In this document: positions 11,825 to 21,301 of the stretch, piece by piece
Layout: each line of letters starts with the position of its first letter
How positions within the stretch are numbered: position 1 is the stretch's first letter
From: a virus
Lineage: Duplodnaviria; Caudoviricetes
Virus record (IMG/VR): IMGVR_UViG_3300046170_000018
Coordinates: 1-54,118 of that record
Direction: 5' to 3' (one strand)
Length of the DNA stretch: 54,118 nt
Made by a program: the position numbers and the translations under genes
Notes under the pieces: generated by a model
Database searches by the model: none
The model's input: only the letters and a program-made list of their open reading frames with translations
Told to the model about the DNA's origin: nothing

Positions 11825-13846
11825 GCCAATTCGGACCTATTTTTGCCTCTAATAATAGAGGAACATTGAACTCCACACCCCATCTTAGGGTTGATAAGTT
11901 CAAGGTAGTTATTATTAGTATCTTCTATGACACTGATAACCTGATCTTCTTCATCAGGATGTACATCAATAACTATACTGTCGTGAACAGAATTTACTAT
12001 ACATGATTTCATACCCTGTAGCAAGGCATCAATATGCAATAATGCAATCGGAACAATATCTGCTGTAGCAAATGACTGCACCGGGTAATTCTTAATCTGT
12101 GTAAAGTGTGACACACGCCCACTAGCTTTACGTACCACATCGGGGAACGCAAACTCACGACCACTGGGCGTGGTTATTTTTTGTGTTTCTACAGCCTCTT
12201 TAGCCAGTCGGGAATGCCAAGCTGCGACCCCCTTGTACTTGTCTGTGAAGTGTTCGTAGTACGCTGCTTCTGCTTTGCTCCTACCGTATCCTGTTGCGCC
12301 GTAGAGTGGAGCAAACGTGTGCGCTTTCGCATCCTGTCTACTCGTAGGCTGACCAGCATCGGTAATAACTTTAGCGGTGTATGCATGTACATCAAACCCA
12401 GTAGATACTTCTTCAATTGCAACCTCATCTTGAGATAAATAAGCAGCAGCCCGAAACTCTAGCTGTGCAAAGTCAGCTTCAAGAATCTTGCCACCATCAA
12501 ATCGTGACACAAATACTTTCTTTACAGGAAACGTGCCGCCACGTGGCATGTTCTGCATGTTAGGATTAGCCCCACTAAAGCGACCAGTTGATGTGCGATG
12601 CTGCAATAGACTAACGTGTAACTTACCATCCTGCTTAGTGTAGTTACGTATGCCCTCAACAAAAGAAGATAGATATGTATCCACTGCACTAAGTCGTCTA
12701 ACTTTGTACAAGAAGTCAACTGCATCACTCATACCCTTTGATTTAGCACCAGCCTCTAGTAACTCTAAGTTTTGTTTAGATGTACTGAAACCGTTAGCAC
12801 TTAACCATTTAGCTGAAGGTGGCTTGAATTTAAAACCAGCAAGTGTCTCTGATGGTATAAATAAAAACCCTTCAGTATTACACTGAACACAGCGACTAGG
12901 CTTAGAAAAAGGTTCGCCGTTCTTTTTAGTCTTACGGACATAACCGGAACCGCTGCATGTGCTACACTGCTTGGCAACAGTTTTGTATAGCCTTTCAGTA
13001 CCACCAGTAATCAGGCTACGGAAGTCTGCAGTCTGCCATGTATGGGTCAATAGCATTACCCCAGTATGGTTTGTCCAATACCTTGCGGCTGTAGATAACC
13101 CAAGACAATTGCTCTGGGCTGTTAAGATTGATAGGTGTATCACCCATCAGCTACGTACATGAGCCTGTAAGTCAGTAGTAAGTTGCTGCTTCTCTTGCTC
13201 AAACTCACTGCGTACCTCTTCTAGCTTAGTCAGGTCAACCGCAAAGCCTGTCTGATATATCTTAGTCAGACACTTAGCTACACGATTAGTCAGACGTGTG
13301 GTAGACAAGTAACCTGCATCAGCAGTAGTGTTTAGCCTACGCCATAGCTTTTCAGCAAGCTGCTGTGTAGCGTGAAGGTCAGCCGATAGATACTCAGACA
13401 ACTCAGAGTGAGGAATGTCTCGTGTACTATATCCCCTTCTTGAAGTACTCCTTGAGTGTGTCCTGCTTCTTCGTATCTAACTCATAGCGTTCCGCACATG
13501 CTTCAAGTGACAACGGCTCTTTGATGCCACGCTGTAGTACATACTCGACAAGCATAGTGTCAAACACTGCGCCATCATACTTGAACCCTGACTCCCATAG
13601 CCATAGCAAATCATGTGCCACGTTGTGACATATGAGTACAGTAGTCTCATCAAGCCACTGTTGTACAGTAGCATGACCGTCAGGTGTAGCTACCACCTCA
13701 CTGTGGTCAAAGGTAATAATAACTTCTTCACCCCTGTCATTAAGCATACCCACCATAGTCAATGAGTTGTCTGGCTCAAATGGATCAAGGTGTAGCTTGC
13801 CATCACGCTTAGTCGTTGTATTCTCTACATCAAGTGTTAGTTTCAT
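11802..13846 (-). CDS. polA: Family A DNA polymerase with 3'-5' exonuclease and inserted DnaJ-like zinc finger; broken by probable sequencing frameshifts
   Basis: ExoI LDVE, ExoII HNVAHD, ExoIII YLSAD, TGRFS..PNMQN, motif A DFAQLE, motif B AKAHTFAPLYG (Phe at the Pol I 762 position), motif C VHDS. CSTCSGSG and CVQCNTEG at 12868-12966. Confidence 0.95.
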
Positions 13847-14267
13847 ATCTGCCCATCCTTACTATTCCTGTCTTGTCCAGTGGTATCTGATAGAATAACT
13901 CACCAGACGCTATATATTTATTAGATACCTCAACTGGTGTCAAGTCCTTAATGTCTTCGGACTTAAATAGTATAGCTGAGGTTAGTGGTTTATTCCATAT
14001 GAAGAACAAGGTAGGTGAAGCAAAGAACTTACGCTTGCGTTCTGGTAGCTGCACTGTATCGAATGGGAACTTGTCTGTATCCCACACGGTCTTGACCTCA
14101 CACTCGACATAGAACTTACCCTTGCTGCCTTCAGCAATTAAGTCTTGCCCATAGGTGTTAGGGTTCTCCCATATCTCATAGCCTTTGATCTGCATGTATT
14201 CCATAGTACGGGTACGTGCAGGCTTGTCATGCTTACCATGTAGTGCTTCACTGAATTGTTTCCTCAT
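13830..14267 (-). CDS. Hypothetical protein, possible restriction-endonuclease-fold nuclease
   Basis: DLI...VECEVK fits the PD-(D/E)xK pattern. Overlaps both neighbours. Confidence 0.5.
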   Translation of the reverse strand: MRKQFSEALHGKHDKPARTRTMEYMQIKGYEIWENPNTYGQDLIAEGSKGKFYVECEVKTVWDTDKFPFDTVQLPERKRKFFASPTLFFIWNKPLTSAILFKSEDIKDLTPVEVSNKYIASGELFYQIPLDKTGIVRMGRYETNT

Positions 14268-15487
14268 CCCTCATACCTCGCTGTCTGATAGTTAAGTTCA
14301 CAGTTCACCATGCCATGCCAGCCATTCAGCTTGTTCTTAACAATGTTGATATGACGTAGTGGGCTTTCTTCTTCCTGTCCTTCTACCGTAGGTGACTTGC
14401 CAATCAGTATCATAAGGTCAGCTTCAGCAGCCTTACCTGTACGAGAGCCTTCCATCATAGACTGATTAAGTTGCGCACGACCTTCGGCTTCTGCAGATAA
14501 CTGTGACATATAGAATACAGCGCAGTCATATGTCTTAGCAATCTGCCTAGCATATATAGCGCAAGCCTTGAGTGCCTCGTCAGGTCTTGAGTATGACCCC
14601 GGAACAAGGAACTTGTCACCCATGTCTAGCACAAGTATGTCAGGCTTGTGTGACTTACACACAGACTCAACCCATGCCATGTCACGACCACCAGCATCTT
14701 TGATCTTGATGTTGTTCATCACTGGCTCATACCTAGCCTTGGCTGCACCTAGATTGTCACGCACCTCACGTGCTGTCATACCTGCAGCAGCAGTCAAGTA
14801 CCTAGCACCAACACGATGGGTAGGCTCTTCGTTACATAAGATGATACACTTAGCACCCTGATGAGCAAAGCCATTAGGTGCAGCGATCAAGCTGGCATGG
14901 AAGGATGTCTTACCAGTGTTAGGTCTAGCACCCACCTCAATAAGCTGACCGCCTGACACACCCTCTACCTTGCGGGTCATGGATGGTATGTTGAATGCCC
15001 ACTTAGCTTCTAGCTCTGCCTTAGCCATAAGCGTTTCGATACTGATATCATCCCACTCAATGTTTAGGTTAGGGATGAAGTCATCACCATAACGCTCAAG
15101 TACATTGCGTAGCTTCTCAAGTGTAGATGCGTCACCATTGACCATATCAAAGCCAATGTTAGCAACGTCCTCTCCAACTACCTGTTGGAATAGCTTAGAC
15201 AATACTTCTTGCGCTACGTCACTACCCATAGGCTGTTCACGTTTGATCTGTGAGAACAGATTTGAGTAGGCTTGCTTCTGCGCTGTAGTGAGGGTAGGGT
15301 TGTTCGCCATGAACAATGCCTCAATCTCATCGGGTGTCACAGTACGCTCGTACCTATCCATAGCAGTGTCGATAGCTTCTTTAATCTTACGAGCATCCTT
15401 ACTAAACAAACGCTGCGGACATTTCGATCCACGGTGATCGTCATAGAAGGACTTATCCATAAGGCTTCTAATGATTGATAATTCCAT
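14264..15487 (-). CDS. SF4 (DnaB-like) replicative helicase
   Basis: Walker A GARPNTGKTS, NEE, Walker B LVLD, SQLS, GSRTGKAAEAD, KNK motifs. Confidence 0.92.
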   Translation of the reverse strand: MELSIIRSLMDKSFYDDHRGSKCPQRLFSKDARKIKEAIDTAMDRYERTVTPDEIEALFMANNPTLTTAQKQAYSNLFSQIKREQPMGSDVAQEVLSKLFQQVVGEDVANIGFDMVNGDASTLEKLRNVLERYGDDFIPNLNIEWDDISIETLMAKAELEAKWAFNIPSMTRKVEGVSGGQLIEVGARPNTGKTSFHASLIAAPNGFAHQGAKCIILCNEEPTHRVGARYLTAAAGMTAREVRDNLGAAKARYEPVMNNIKIKDAGGRDMAWVESVCKSHKPDILVLDMGDKFLVPGSYSRPDEALKACAIYARQIAKTYDCAVFYMSQLSAEAEGRAQLNQSMMEGSRTGKAAEADLMILIGKSPTVEGQEEESPLRHINIVKNKLNGWHGMVNCELNYQTARYEG

Positions 15488-16235
15488 TTAAATTCTCCAT
15501 ATCTGTCGGGTTACGATATTTCAAGTCATCCTTCAAACGTAGTACACGAACATCGTTTACGTGTCCTCGTAATTCCTTTGCCATCTGTAACGTCTTAGGT
15601 AGCGCATCGGGGTCTAACGCTATAACTGCTGTCGAGAACTGTGAGAGATACCCTTTATGCGACTCTTGCAATGATGTTCCAAGAAGCGCAACCCCGACAA
15701 AGGAACCGTAACCAACAACGGCTGCACTCACACAGTCCTCAACAACTACTGCGACTTTACCACACCCAGAGGTATAAGGCAAGCCACTTTTTCCATATCG
15801 TTTCCATTTAGGTAGACGAGTACCAAGCGCACGGCCTGTTGCATCTACAATAACTCCATCATGTATGACAGGGAATACAACACGGCTTTCCTTCACATCA
15901 TACATCAAACCTAACTCATCTATGTCCAAGCCCCATGTATCACACCACCTGTTCATGTACAGGTTGTCACGGTTAGGCACGATGTACTGAGGCATCTCGA
16001 ATGTGTCGGTGGCAAACTCCTCTGCACCCTTGAAGCCAGACCGAATGTCATCGACTGTCAGATGCACACGATTGCCACCCTTGATACCACATGATACCTT
16101 GTAACAGTTCCAGACAAGGGAACCCATGTTGTTTGTGATAGTGAATGTCTTGAGGCCACCACATATAGGACAATTCATACGCTTCGTATGTCCGTTAGGT
16201 ACATCTAGATCACTTATAATGTTATATATATTCAT
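15468..16235 (-). CDS. DNA primase (zinc finger plus TOPRIM)
   Basis: CPIC...CYKVSC zinc finger. VVED and LDPD TOPRIM acidic motifs. Confidence 0.9.
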   Translation of the reverse strand: MNIYNIISDLDVPNGHTKRMNCPICGGLKTFTITNNMGSLVWNCYKVSCGIKGGNRVHLTVDDIRSGFKGAEEFATDTFEMPQYIVPNRDNLYMNRWCDTWGLDIDELGLMYDVKESRVVFPVIHDGVIVDATGRALGTRLPKWKRYGKSGLPYTSGCGKVAVVVEDCVSAAVVGYGSFVGVALLGTSLQESHKGYLSQFSTAVIALDPDALPKTLQMAKELRGHVNDVRVLRLKDDLKYRNPTDMENLNGIINH

Positions 16236-16263
16236 ATGTAATACTCACTTTCGTTGTCGGCAG

Positions 16264-17142
16264 TTAAGTGCTTTTACCATGAGACTTTCTCATTGTCAAT
16301 GCAGAATTTGCAGATGAGTAAGTATTTTTCATGTATGGTTTAACAGACTGTGGATTACTATGTCCTGTAACCGACATGATTTGTCCCATAGGAACACCAG
16401 CTTCAACCATCTGTGTCGTACCAGTCCTACGCAAGTCCATTAGACGTAGCTCCTCAGACAGCCCAGCTTGCCGCATGACAGCCCTGCCAGCTTTGGATAG
16501 CCTCTGCATACTATACGGCTGGTACTGCCCCTGTACAGGCATTGTACGAGGAACAACGTACTGTTGAAACCCAAAGTCCTGCTCTTGATGTACCAGCATA
16601 TCATATAGGTCATCTTCAATAGGCAATGTTACGTCTGCCCTACGCTTTGATTGCTCAAGAAATAGTTTTCTATTGGCAAAGTCAAAGTTATCCCACGTCA
16701 ACAGGCGCATGTCACCTAGTCTCTGGCACCAGTCATATGCCATATGCACTATCAAGCCAAGGCTACGCCACTCAAACTGACTGTATGCAGTGTCAAGAAA
16801 TTGACGCACATCACCATCAGTCCATACAACCTTGCGTTGTGGTGGTGTCTTACGCCTGACACTGGCGAAGGGGTTGATATCTGTGTACTCCATGTCAATC
16901 GCATAACGATACACGATAGATGACACAGTGCAGATGTGGTTGGCGAAGCTGATGCCCCGCACAACCCACTCTTCATAGGCATGTTTTGCTTGCTTGCTAG
17001 TCAGCTTGTCAAAGTTCACATCACCAAAACTGTCACACATTACAGCAAGAAAGTATTGATAGTCTTTCTTAGACTTGTCTCGTAACATGTTGTAATCATT
17101 GGAAGTGTAGTACTTGTCAACTAGTTGCTGTACTGTGTTCAT
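16264..17142 (-). CDS. int: Tyrosine recombinase/integrase
   Basis: QRLGD (Arg I), QSK, DLRRT (Arg II), GHS and PY catalytic motifs. Confidence 0.9.
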   Translation of the reverse strand: MNTVQQLVDKYYTSNDYNMLRDKSKKDYQYFLAVMCDSFGDVNFDKLTSKQAKHAYEEWVVRGISFANHICTVSSIVYRYAIDMEYTDINPFASVRRKTPPQRKVVWTDGDVRQFLDTAYSQFEWRSLGLIVHMAYDWCQRLGDMRLLTWDNFDFANRKLFLEQSKRRADVTLPIEDDLYDMLVHQEQDFGFQQYVVPRTMPVQGQYQPYSMQRLSKAGRAVMRQAGLSEELRLMDLRRTGTTQMVEAGVPMGQIMSVTGHSNPQSVKPYMKNTYSSANSALTMRKSHGKST

Positions 17143-17501
17143 ATACTTAGCCTTTCCGCATCCAACTCATTATATTCCTTTTCACTTTCTATAAAGCGAT
17201 AGTTACATAGCTTATAATATTGACTAGTTCTGTCGTGTACATACACACCATCTCCCAAGTCTATGTTTGATTTATTGAAGCAACAATGCACATAGTCTTC
17301 TGGATTTTCGCCTCGCTCATAAGCAAACTTATATGTCTTGTAATGCTTCCATTGTTTACCTTTAGTTTTATCTGACCAGTCGGGAACAAAACACTCTACC
17401 CGCCAGTAGTTGAAGCGTGGCAAAAACCACGCCCCATTTAATGTGAGAGGTTTTTCGTCCTCGTGCAGACGTTTTGTATAAGGCCAGCCTGCATCACTCA
17501 T
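17139..17501 (-). CDS. Hypothetical protein
   Basis: 120 aa ORF with ATGA overlaps on both sides. Confidence 0.65.
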   Translation of the reverse strand: MSDAGWPYTKRLHEDEKPLTLNGAWFLPRFNYWRVECFVPDWSDKTKGKQWKHYKTYKFAYERGENPEDYVHCCFNKSNIDLGDGVYVHDRTSQYYKLCNYRFIESEKEYNELDAERLSI

Positions 17502-18328
17502 GCCGCTGCCATCTCCTTAAACTGTGCGCTTTCAATCCAACCAGCCACATCAATCTCACGCTTGAACATTGAGATAGCTCGTGTGTCCTTGCCTGTATTA
17601 CGTAAGGCAAAGCCATTACGCTCATCAGCATAGGATGCATAGTTGGTGAAGGCTGAGTACAATGCCCACAGATTACGTCCACGTACACCAGCTTCCTGAC
17701 TGTACAAACTATACATCTTCTCTGACTTACTGTCAGACTTTAATATACCTTCAAGCATAGCCTTAACATCCACATGGGCAAGGCTAGTGTTAGCCCAGCG
17801 TTGCATCTGTTCTGCCTGTGCAGTGAAGTCCTGTTGTGACTTGTGCAGTTCAGTGATGAACCTGTCGAGGCTGAAGTTGGATGTGTTCTTACGCATCACC
17901 TTACTGTGATCGCCTGTGATCTGCCCATTGAGACAGAAGAAGTCGATAGCACCAAAGATGGTGGTGTTGGAACACGTACCGTTGACACCATGCAAAGCAA
18001 TGATCCGCTTCATCAGGGTAGTCTCGTGCTTGTCGGTGGTGATCTTAGCCTGTACATTAGGCAGGGTCACATCCATCATAGCCCAGCCAGACTTGTGTGC
18101 GCTACGCCAGTACACATGTGCATCTTTCATGTCATGCTCAGACAGGGTTTCTGTCGTAGTCTGCATGACGTTAGTAAAAAAGTCAGTGTGTGATGCACAT
18201 GTGAAGCCATTGCCTACGATGCCAATGTAGTCACCTGTAGTGCCATTGATGACATACTTCTTGTCGTCAACTTTAGTTGGCTCAAACTCAACATTAAAGT
18301 CGAGGTGGTCTGGAATATATTCTAGCAT
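17498..18328 (-). CDS. DUF932-like protein
   Basis: GIVG..F, G.CSN, FCLNG and NLWALYSAFTNYASY motifs. Strong AAGGAG RBS. Confidence 0.65.
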   Translation of the reverse strand: MLEYIPDHLDFNVEFEPTKVDDKKYVINGTTGDYIGIVGNGFTCASHTDFFTNVMQTTTETLSEHDMKDAHVYWRSAHKSGWAMMDVTLPNVQAKITTDKHETTLMKRIIALHGVNGTCSNTTIFGAIDFFCLNGQITGDHSKVMRKNTSNFSLDRFITELHKSQQDFTAQAEQMQRWANTSLAHVDVKAMLEGILKSDSKSEKMYSLYSQEAGVRGRNLWALYSAFTNYASYADERNGFALRNTGKDTRAISMFKREIDVAGWIESAQFKEMAAA

Positions 18329-18395
18329 GTTAGTTCTCCTTTATAGTATCAATAGTATTAGTGGTAGGAAAGTAATCCATAATAGTAAGTCCATA

Positions 18396-18424
18396 GTTAT
18401 ACTCCTTATTGTATAAGATGTCAA
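18396..18424 (-). promoter_or_regulatory. Sigma70-type promoter for the integrase/replication operon
   Basis: TTGACA-17 nt-TATAAC(T) on the minus strand. Confidence 0.75.
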
Positions 18425-18591
18425 CAGTCTTCCAACTCCTTCTGGAACTCAGTCCATGCGGCTTGGAATACCTCGTTAAAACTGTGGTAGTTGGCATCCT
18501 CAAAGGCAGCAGACGCTACCTCAAATATATCCTGCCCACTCCACTTGACTGCTTGTGATAACTGTATCCCTTTGATTTCATTATCAGTCAT
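18421..18591 (-). CDS. Hypothetical protein, 56 aa (MTDNEIKGIQLSQAVKWSG...)
   Basis: Read manually. GAAGGAG RBS, ATGA overlap with the upstream stop. Confidence 0.65.
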   Translation of the reverse strand: MTDNEIKGIQLSQAVKWSGQDIFEVASAAFEDANYHSFNEVFQAAWTEFQKELEDC

Positions 18592-19121
18592 TGTCTATTC
18601 TCCTTCATCCAATCGGGCATATCTCTGCCCTTGTTGTATCTAGCGAAACTCATCTTGTCTACTTTGTAGAACGCACGATAGGCTACGATAGGCCAATCCT
18701 CATCTGTCTTGCAGTCATCGTGTCCACTAAAGCATTGTGGGTGTGGTGTCATAAAGTTAGATACGTCAGGTATATATTGTTCTGCTTCAACTAGCGCATC
18801 AAAGTGACGCATAGACTTGTGACCTGTATTCACTGTGCGGTCATTGCGTATTGGGTAACGCCACATATACTCATCATTCATAGCCTTCATAAGACGTACA
18901 GCAAACCTATAGTTGATGCGTGTCTCTCTAGCCCATATAGTACATGGGTGGTTGGTGTAGGCTATCTTGTATAAGCCAGCTTCCTCTGCAAACTCAGGTG
19001 CATGGATACGCACGGCAGTGTTTAGCATCTGCGCTTCTTCCAATACCATCTTGCATATGTGCTGGTCACATAGCTGCTGGGCAATAGCCTCTGGCGTATT
19101 GTCAATGATAAACCTATTCAT
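18588..19121 (-). CDS. Pyrimidine-dimer DNA glycosylase/endonuclease V-like protein
   Basis: MNRF...CDQHICKMVLEEAQML...NHPCTIWAR...NY matches the Pyr_excise-like family. Start moved to 19121 (GAGG RBS). Confidence 0.75.
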   Translation of the reverse strand: MNRFIIDNTPEAIAQQLCDQHICKMVLEEAQMLNTAVRIHAPEFAEEAGLYKIAYTNHPCTIWARETRINYRFAVRLMKAMNDEYMWRYPIRNDRTVNTGHKSMRHFDALVEAEQYIPDVSNFMTPHPQCFSGHDDCKTDEDWPIVAYRAFYKVDKMSFARYNKGRDMPDWMKENRQ

Positions 19122-19122
19122 A

Positions 19123-19338
19123 TCAAAAATCCTCGACTTTTGTTTCAAACGCATCTTCGGCATATTTGGCCTCTTCAAACTTGGAACGTGTCGTGTAGTA
19201 TGCCATCATCGTAGCAGCCATCTCTGGATAATATTCCCAATCAGGTTTACCACCAGATTCAAATGAATATCCTATCTCTCTGTCAAGTGCTTCCAGTATG
19301 GCGTTGACTTGTTTCTTTGGTAGGTTAAGCGTCATCAT
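19123..19338 (-). CDS. Hypothetical protein
   Basis: ORF with GAAGGAGATTGACAATG start context. Confidence 0.7.
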   Translation of the reverse strand: MMTLNLPKKQVNAILEALDREIGYSFESGGKPDWEYYPEMAATMMAYYTTRSKFEEAKYAEDAFETKVEDF

Positions 19339-19340
19339 TG

Positions 19341-19574
19341 TCAATCTCCTTCATTCTCATAACACATATTGTCTATCAGATCAATGCGATCCTGATGTTG
19401 AGCCATCTTGTCTAGCTCAGACTGTACCGCTTCCATGATATCCGAATGCTCACCAATGCCAGCCGGATTGTTTAAGTATACAGCTATGTTGGTCTTGTGT
19501 AAGTTTACATTTCCAACAGCGTGTAGTCTCAGTGATGCTAGTAATTTACTAGGCTTTATTAATCTATCAAACAT
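19341..19574 (-). CDS. Conserved marine phage hypothetical protein (GIGEHSD motif)
   Basis: YLNNPAGIGEHSDIMEA motif. GGGAG RBS. Confidence 0.7.
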   Translation of the reverse strand: MFDRLIKPSKLLASLRLHAVGNVNLHKTNIAVYLNNPAGIGEHSDIMEAVQSELDKMAQHQDRIDLIDNMCYENEGD

Positions 19575-19758
19575 CGTCAATCTCCCATAGTTCGTCTACT
19601 TCTATGCCATCACAGACATATGAGTAGTCATAGTTAGGTATCTCAAACAGTTTTACACTGCCATCCTCATTGCGAATGTAATCATCCGCATCGTCATCCC
19701 ATACAGCTACAGGCATATCCCATACCAATACGCTATATGATTTATCTGGGTCAAACAT
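19567..19758 (-). CDS. Hypothetical acidic protein
   Basis: ORF with GGAGATTGACAATG start context. Confidence 0.65.
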   Translation of the reverse strand: MFDPDKSYSVLVWDMPVAVWDDDADDYIRNEDGSVKLFEIPNYDYSYVCDGIEVDELWEIDDV

Positions 19759-19770
19759 TGTCAATCTCCA

Positions 19771-19929
19771 TTACCGTTCCACAGGGTAGAATACTTCTAC
19801 CATGCTATCACACTTAGGGCAAGTCAGTATCGTGACCATACTAAACTCATCACCACGATGTTCATCAGGGTTGATGTCATAGTCTACGTTCCAGATTAGT
19901 TCTGTATCTTTACAGTGCCAACAGTTCAT
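19771..19929 (-). CDS. Small zinc-ribbon protein, 52 aa
   Basis: MNCWHC...LTCPKC. AAGGAG RBS. Read manually. Confidence 0.7.
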   Translation of the reverse strand: MNCWHCKDTELIWNVDYDINPDEHRGDEFSMVTILTCPKCDSMVEVFYPVER

Positions 19930-19930
19930 G

Positions 19931-20071
19931 TCATTTCTCCTTCAATGCATCTATTACTAGATAGATAAGTATAGCTGTACCAATAGCCAGATACCCAATG
20001 ATGAACAAATCATCTATGCCCACATCAGGCATCTGGTTTTGTAGGCACAGGATTGTGTTACAGTCAAGCAA
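19931..20071 (-). CDS. Small single-TM membrane protein, 46 aa (TTG start)
   Basis: GGAG RBS. Hydrophobic segment LFIIGYLAIGTAILIYLVI. Confidence 0.55.
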   Translation of the reverse strand: MLDCNTILCLQNQMPDVGIDDLFIIGYLAIGTAILIYLVIDALKEK

Positions 20072-20089
20072 TGTCAATTCTCCACTGCA

Positions 20090-20340
20090 TAAATTAATAG
20101 GGTAGGCAGTTTAACCACTTGCCTAGGTGTCTTCACACCAAAAGGTGAGGGGGTTGCACACTGACCATTTACACGAATTATTCTTCCACCCCTAAGTCAC
20201 GAGACCCTGTATTTATACTGTTAGGCCTTCAGTTCGCATGTCTAGGCAGTTTTCTATTGGCCTTTATCGCCGTGAAACTTCACCTAGTCACGCTTCCCTA
20301 GCTAGTCCTTCTTATTCAGACTGTCACTATGCTAGAGCAT
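20090..20340 (-). ncRNA. Candidate structured non-coding RNA region
   Basis: A ~250 nt gap in an otherwise gene-dense operon, with several stems and two copies of AAACTGCCTA. Confidence 0.3.
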
Positions 20341-20341
20341 A

Positions 20342-20521
20342 TTACGCAGTTTCAAACTCTTTGACAAACTCAAGTTCAATATGCTTGTCAGGATACAATG
20401 CTTGTGCCATGTCGAGTGCATGTTCTACCGCATGGTTCCAGATAGGTTGCTCCAAGGGCTGTGGGTGTACATTGTACACACCACTAACGCCATCCATTTT
20501 AATGCCAACTTCCCAATACAT
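20342..20521 (-). CDS. Hypothetical protein, 59 aa
   Basis: Read manually (MYWEVGIKMDG...). Directly follows the upstream stop. Confidence 0.6.
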   Translation of the reverse strand: MYWEVGIKMDGVSGVYNVHPQPLEQPIWNHAVEHALDMAQALYPDKHIELEFVKEFETA

Positions 20522-20522
20522 A

Positions 20523-20912
20523 TTATGCTACCTTCCTAATTGCTTTGCGGCCTTGCTTATTACGAGCAAGTTCACGCAGATTACTTACAGTAAACCCACC
20601 AATCTTGATGGAGACTACCTCATCACGGCTCTTACGCCGCACTGCTGCACCTAGTTCCTTGTGCATGCGGTCAAGAAAGATGCCAGCAATTGCCTCTGTC
20701 GTGTACTGTAAGTACCCGCCGCAGTCTTCCTTTGCATGCCGTGCAGCTTGCAGTGCAAGGTCATAGAACTTGTAACGACCAAGCTTCACGCCATGATACT
20801 CAGCATACAAGGCTTCTACTTTAGCAAGCTTTGCTTCTACTTGTGGTGATGCAAGCACTTGTCCTGTCTTGCCTGTTGAACGCTGGTGAAATGTTACAGT
20901 CTTTATAGCCAT
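20523..20912 (-). CDS. Hypothetical basic early protein
   Basis: 129 aa ORF with AAGGAG RBS. Confidence 0.75.
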   Translation of the reverse strand: MAIKTVTFHQRSTGKTGQVLASPQVEAKLAKVEALYAEYHGVKLGRYKFYDLALQAARHAKEDCGGYLQYTTEAIAGIFLDRMHKELGAAVRRKSRDEVVSIKIGGFTVSNLRELARNKQGRKAIRKVA

Positions 20913-20925
20913 GATATAATCTCCT

Positions 20926-21177
20926 TTAGTTGGTTAGTGTGTTAGTAGTTGAGGTTAGTCCAACATTGGACTTGATATGTCTTATGACATACTTGGCACG
21001 ATTGATAAACCACCGTGCTTGTTTTTGGTCATATGACATAACATGTTGTGCATCAGATAGGATAGACATAGCCAACATGCAAGGCATATCTTCGTGCAGC
21101 ATATCTTCCATGTCTAGTGGTGTGCAACCATACAAGTCTAAATACCTGCCATAAATTTCAGCATCATCATTACCCAT
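20926..21177 (-). CDS. Hypothetical protein
   Basis: 83 aa ORF with AGGAG RBS. Contains one palindrome copy (KSNVGL). Confidence 0.6.
   Translation of the reverse strand: MGNDDAEIYGRYLDLYGCTPLDMEDMLHEDMPCMLAMSILSDAQHVMSYDQKQARWFINRAKYVIRHIKSNVGLTSTTNTLTN
20957..20972. repeat. 16-bp palindrome AGTCCAACATTGGACT, copy 1 of 5
   Basis: Exact 7-2-7 inverted repeat. Confidence 0.95.
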
Positions 21178-21301
21178 AGATTTTCTCCTGAATCATGTGT
21201 TTAGTGCGAACCTGTGCTTTACGGGTACGCTTCCAGTCATCACGCTTTGCTTTGCGGGGTTTCACTTTCAGTGACTTCATTTTCTCTACTTTGATTTGCA
21301 T
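21170..21301 (-). CDS. Small highly basic protein, 43 aa
   Basis: Read manually: MQIKVEKMKSLKVKPRKAKRDDWKRTRKAQVR... Confidence 0.5.
   Translation of the reverse strand: MQIKVEKMKSLKVKPRKAKRDDWKRTRKAQVRTKHMIQEKIYG

Noticed and set aside
11802-13846. Intron, intein or programmed frameshift in the polymerase
   Set aside because: The fragments abut with no extra sequence or slippery site, which fits indel errors.
20101-20130. SAM-V riboswitch resemblance (GGCAGTTTAACCA)
   Set aside because: It lies on the strand opposite to transcription and lacks the downstream pairing and RBS elements.
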